In this document: piece after piece, positions 49,280-51,651 of the stretch
Layout of the letters: each line of letters starts with the position of its first letter
Position numbering within the stretch: position 1 is the first letter of the stretch
NCBI RefSeq assembly: GCF_004010195.1
Contig: NC_057752.1
Location: 7,466,014 to 7,517,664 of the forward strand
Source: Chiloscyllium plagiosum
Taxonomy: Eukaryota
DNA: 51,651 nt
Direction of reading: 5' to 3'
The notes under the pieces: model-generated
Database searches by the model: none
Told to the model about the DNA's origin: nothing
The model's input: the letters and a program-made list of their open reading frames with translations, nothing else
Program-made: the position numbers and the translations under genes

Positions 49280-49587
49280 AATCTTCCACTGAATGTGCAC
49301 AACGCTGGTAAGGTCAGCATTTGTTGCCCATTCTTAAGCTCTTGAACTAAGTGTCTTTTTAAGCCATTGTAGACAGCAGTTGAGTCAACCACATTACTAT
49401 GCATCTGGAGTCACATGCAGACTGGATTGGTTATATATATTTATATTCCAGGTTTATTAAACAAATTTTAATAAATTACTAAATTGTGCTAGCTATAATG
49501 GTGAAATTAGAACCCTTGACCACAAAACACAACACTTAGCCCCGCATTAGGAACTTAGTGATATTATCACTATGCCACCATCTCCCC
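49280..49587 (-). mobile_element. tRNA-derived SINE sharing head, body and tail with the tRNA-headed LINE
   Basis: Minus strand has A box tggcatagtga, B-box-like ggttctaatttc, a body matching 7199-7256, and tail atgggcaacaaatgctgacc. Confidence 0.72.
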
Positions 49588-50574
49588 ATACCCAAATTGC
49601 AAACAGTGCTGCAGAAGAATTTAAGATGATTGTCAGCATCATGATTTCAGTTTATTACTTATCTTCCACAACAGATTACTTTTGAATCAAAGTTAAGATA
49701 TGAATCACAGGAATGCATCAGACATTGGCACTGCAGTATAAGGAGTAGTTCCTCTGACAGAGACAGCCTTTGGCAATAAAGCTTGTACGGCCAAAGATGT
49801 GTCACTTGTGTTTTACAGAGGTCTTGTGAAACTGGACTGTTCTGTCAACACTCTTGTGATCACACATTTAATTTTTACAAATTTTAACAAATTTCTGTTA
49901 ACACAGGGCAGTGAAAGGGGTGAATTAAATCTGCCACATTTTCTCATGCATAAAGAATATAAATAAAAATCAATAATCACCAATCATCAACCTTTGACCT
50001 GTCCGAGCAGACTCATGCAATGAGATGTTGCAGCACAAATTTATCTAAAATTAATCATTGTGTGTTTATTCCAGTTTATTTTAGAAATAACAAGAAATGT
50101 CACAGTAATATTTTGTGGGGCAGGGAGAACCGCAGTCAGCTGGAGACTGTTCACAAGTGATTATGAGAAATTGTGCAGTAGTGAAATATTAACAAGCAGC
50201 AAATGGCATTCAAGTAAAATCCATACAATCACTCAAGGTATTGGCAGACGTTGAGAAGAGTTTCAACATAGATGCGTGGTTGGAATTGGGTGTCGCTGGG
50301 GGCTGTTAGATGAACAAAAATAAATGTATAAATGTCAGGAAGTCACCTCCAATTCACTGATTTCTGGAATTTACTCAGGCTGGGCAATCAACCTGCTCTC
50401 AAGATGTGGTTAGCATTTTAAGTATGTTCATGAGGCAGGAATTAACAAGGTGAAAACAAACTTGGGGAGCACTCCTTGTAAGCCAAAAAGAGTAAGACTG
50501 CTTCCTTCTTGCTCCCAAAACTAGCCCTGCCATTGGAGCTACCCGTCACAATCACCATTTCTGCCCCCCAGAAC

Positions 50575-50852
50575 AGTGAGTGCGAAGGATATACTTGCAG
50601 TCAAGTTAAGGGTTTACGATATTGGTTCTTGAGGTGAGAGGTTTCTCGTATAATGAAAGGATGCCTTTCTGGTGTTTAACAAAAAAAGACAAGATCTCAT
50701 TGAATCAAACAAAATTCTCAAGCAGCTTAACAGGATAGATATTGAGAAGTTGTTTCCCTTAGCTGGGGAACCTCGAATATGTGAGCACAGTCTCAGGATA
50801 AGGGGTAAACCTTATAGGACTGAGATGAGGAGAAATTTCTTCTCTCAGAGGG
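50575..50852 (+). mobile_element. CR1 fragment
   Basis: DLIESNKILK..HSLRIRGKPYRTEMRRNFFSQR. Confidence 0.8.
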
Positions 50853-51362
50853 CTCTATATCTACCTCCTTCTTGGAAACACAATGTTTTGGCCTCAACCA
50901 GTTCCTGTGATAGTGAATTCCACAGGTTCACCATTCTTTGGGTGAAGGCATTTCTCCTCATCTCAGTCCTTTATGGTTTGCCCCTTATCCTTAAACTCTA
51001 ACACCTTATTCTAGACTCCTCCACCATCAGGAACATCTTTCTTGCATCTAACCTGTCTAGCCCTGTGAGAATTTTATAGGTTTCTATGAGATACCCCTCG
51101 TTCATCTAAAGTCCAGTGAACACAATCCTAACCAATTCAATCTCACCTCATACATCAGTCCTGTATCCCAACAATCAATTTAGTAAATCTTTGCTGGACT
51201 CCCTCTATAGCAAGAACATTCTTCCTCAGATAAGGAGACTAAAGCTGTACACAATATTCCAGGTGTGGCCTTACCCATGCCCTGTATAATTGCAAGACAT
51301 TCTTCTTCCTGTTCTCGAATCCTCTCACTATGAAGGCCAACATACTGTTCACTTTCTTTACT
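50853..51362 (-). mobile_element. CR1 fragment, opposite orientation
   Basis: gaattccacaggttcaccattctttgggtgaag and acaatattccaggtgtggcctta (RPHLEYCV on the minus strand). Confidence 0.85.
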
Positions 51363-51515
51363 GTACTAGAGAAGGTGCAAAACTTGACCTACTCTTTGCC
51401 CTGTATAATTGCAAGACATTCTTCTTCCTGTTCTCGAATCCTCTCACTATGAAGGCCAACATACTGTTCACTTTCTTTACTGTACTAGAGAAGGTGCAAA
51501 ACTTGACCTACTCTT
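51278..51515 (+). repeat. Perfect 119-bp tandem duplication
   Basis: 51278-51396 is identical to 51397-51515. Confidence 0.95.
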
Positions 51516-51651
51516 AGGAAATAAGGCAGGGCAGGTGACTGAGGTGTCAGTAGGGGAGCACTTTGGGGCCAGCGACCATAATTCTATTAGATTTAAACTA
51601 GTGATGGAAAAGGAGAGACCAGATCTAAAAGTTGAAGTTCTAAATTGGAGA
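51483..51651 (+). mobile_element. CR1 starting in the APE C-terminal region (runs off the window)
   Basis: TREGAKLDLLLGNKAGQVTEVSVGEHFGASDHNSIRFKLVMEK, open frame. Confidence 0.88.

Noticed and set aside
1..51651. CRISPR arrays, rRNA genes or prokaryotic operons
   Set aside because: No regularly spaced repeats or dense coding; the sequence is eukaryotic repeat-rich DNA.

Overview
Non-coding, repeat-dense vertebrate DNA, almost certainly from a shark or other elasmobranch (inferred from HE1-type V-SINEs, HER1/CR1 LINEs and a SacSINE1-like DeuSINE, all recognised by eye without database searches). No intact host gene is supported; the long ORFs that can be recognised are transposon relics. Contents: many CR1 fragments, five HE1-like SINEs, Rex1/Babar LINE pieces, an L2 tail, Gypsy (Gmr1-like) gag and solo LTRs, PIF/Harbinger transposase and Myb/SANT relics, and many Penelope-like element (PLE) pieces. 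Two systems stand out. (1) A ~3.1-kb (after removing nested inserts) ORF1-less APE-RT LINE begins with a tRNA-like Pol III head in two copies (6351-12268 +, 37450-40660 -), and a SINE (49280-49587 -) has the same head and body joined directly to the LINE 3' tail. (2) Young fold-back PLE insertions with 15-16 bp target-site duplications, an unpaired 34-nt tail and minimal hammerhead ribozyme motifs (6400-7028, 12980-13182), with related hammerhead variants in three other PLE families. Boundaries of degenerate elements are approximate.
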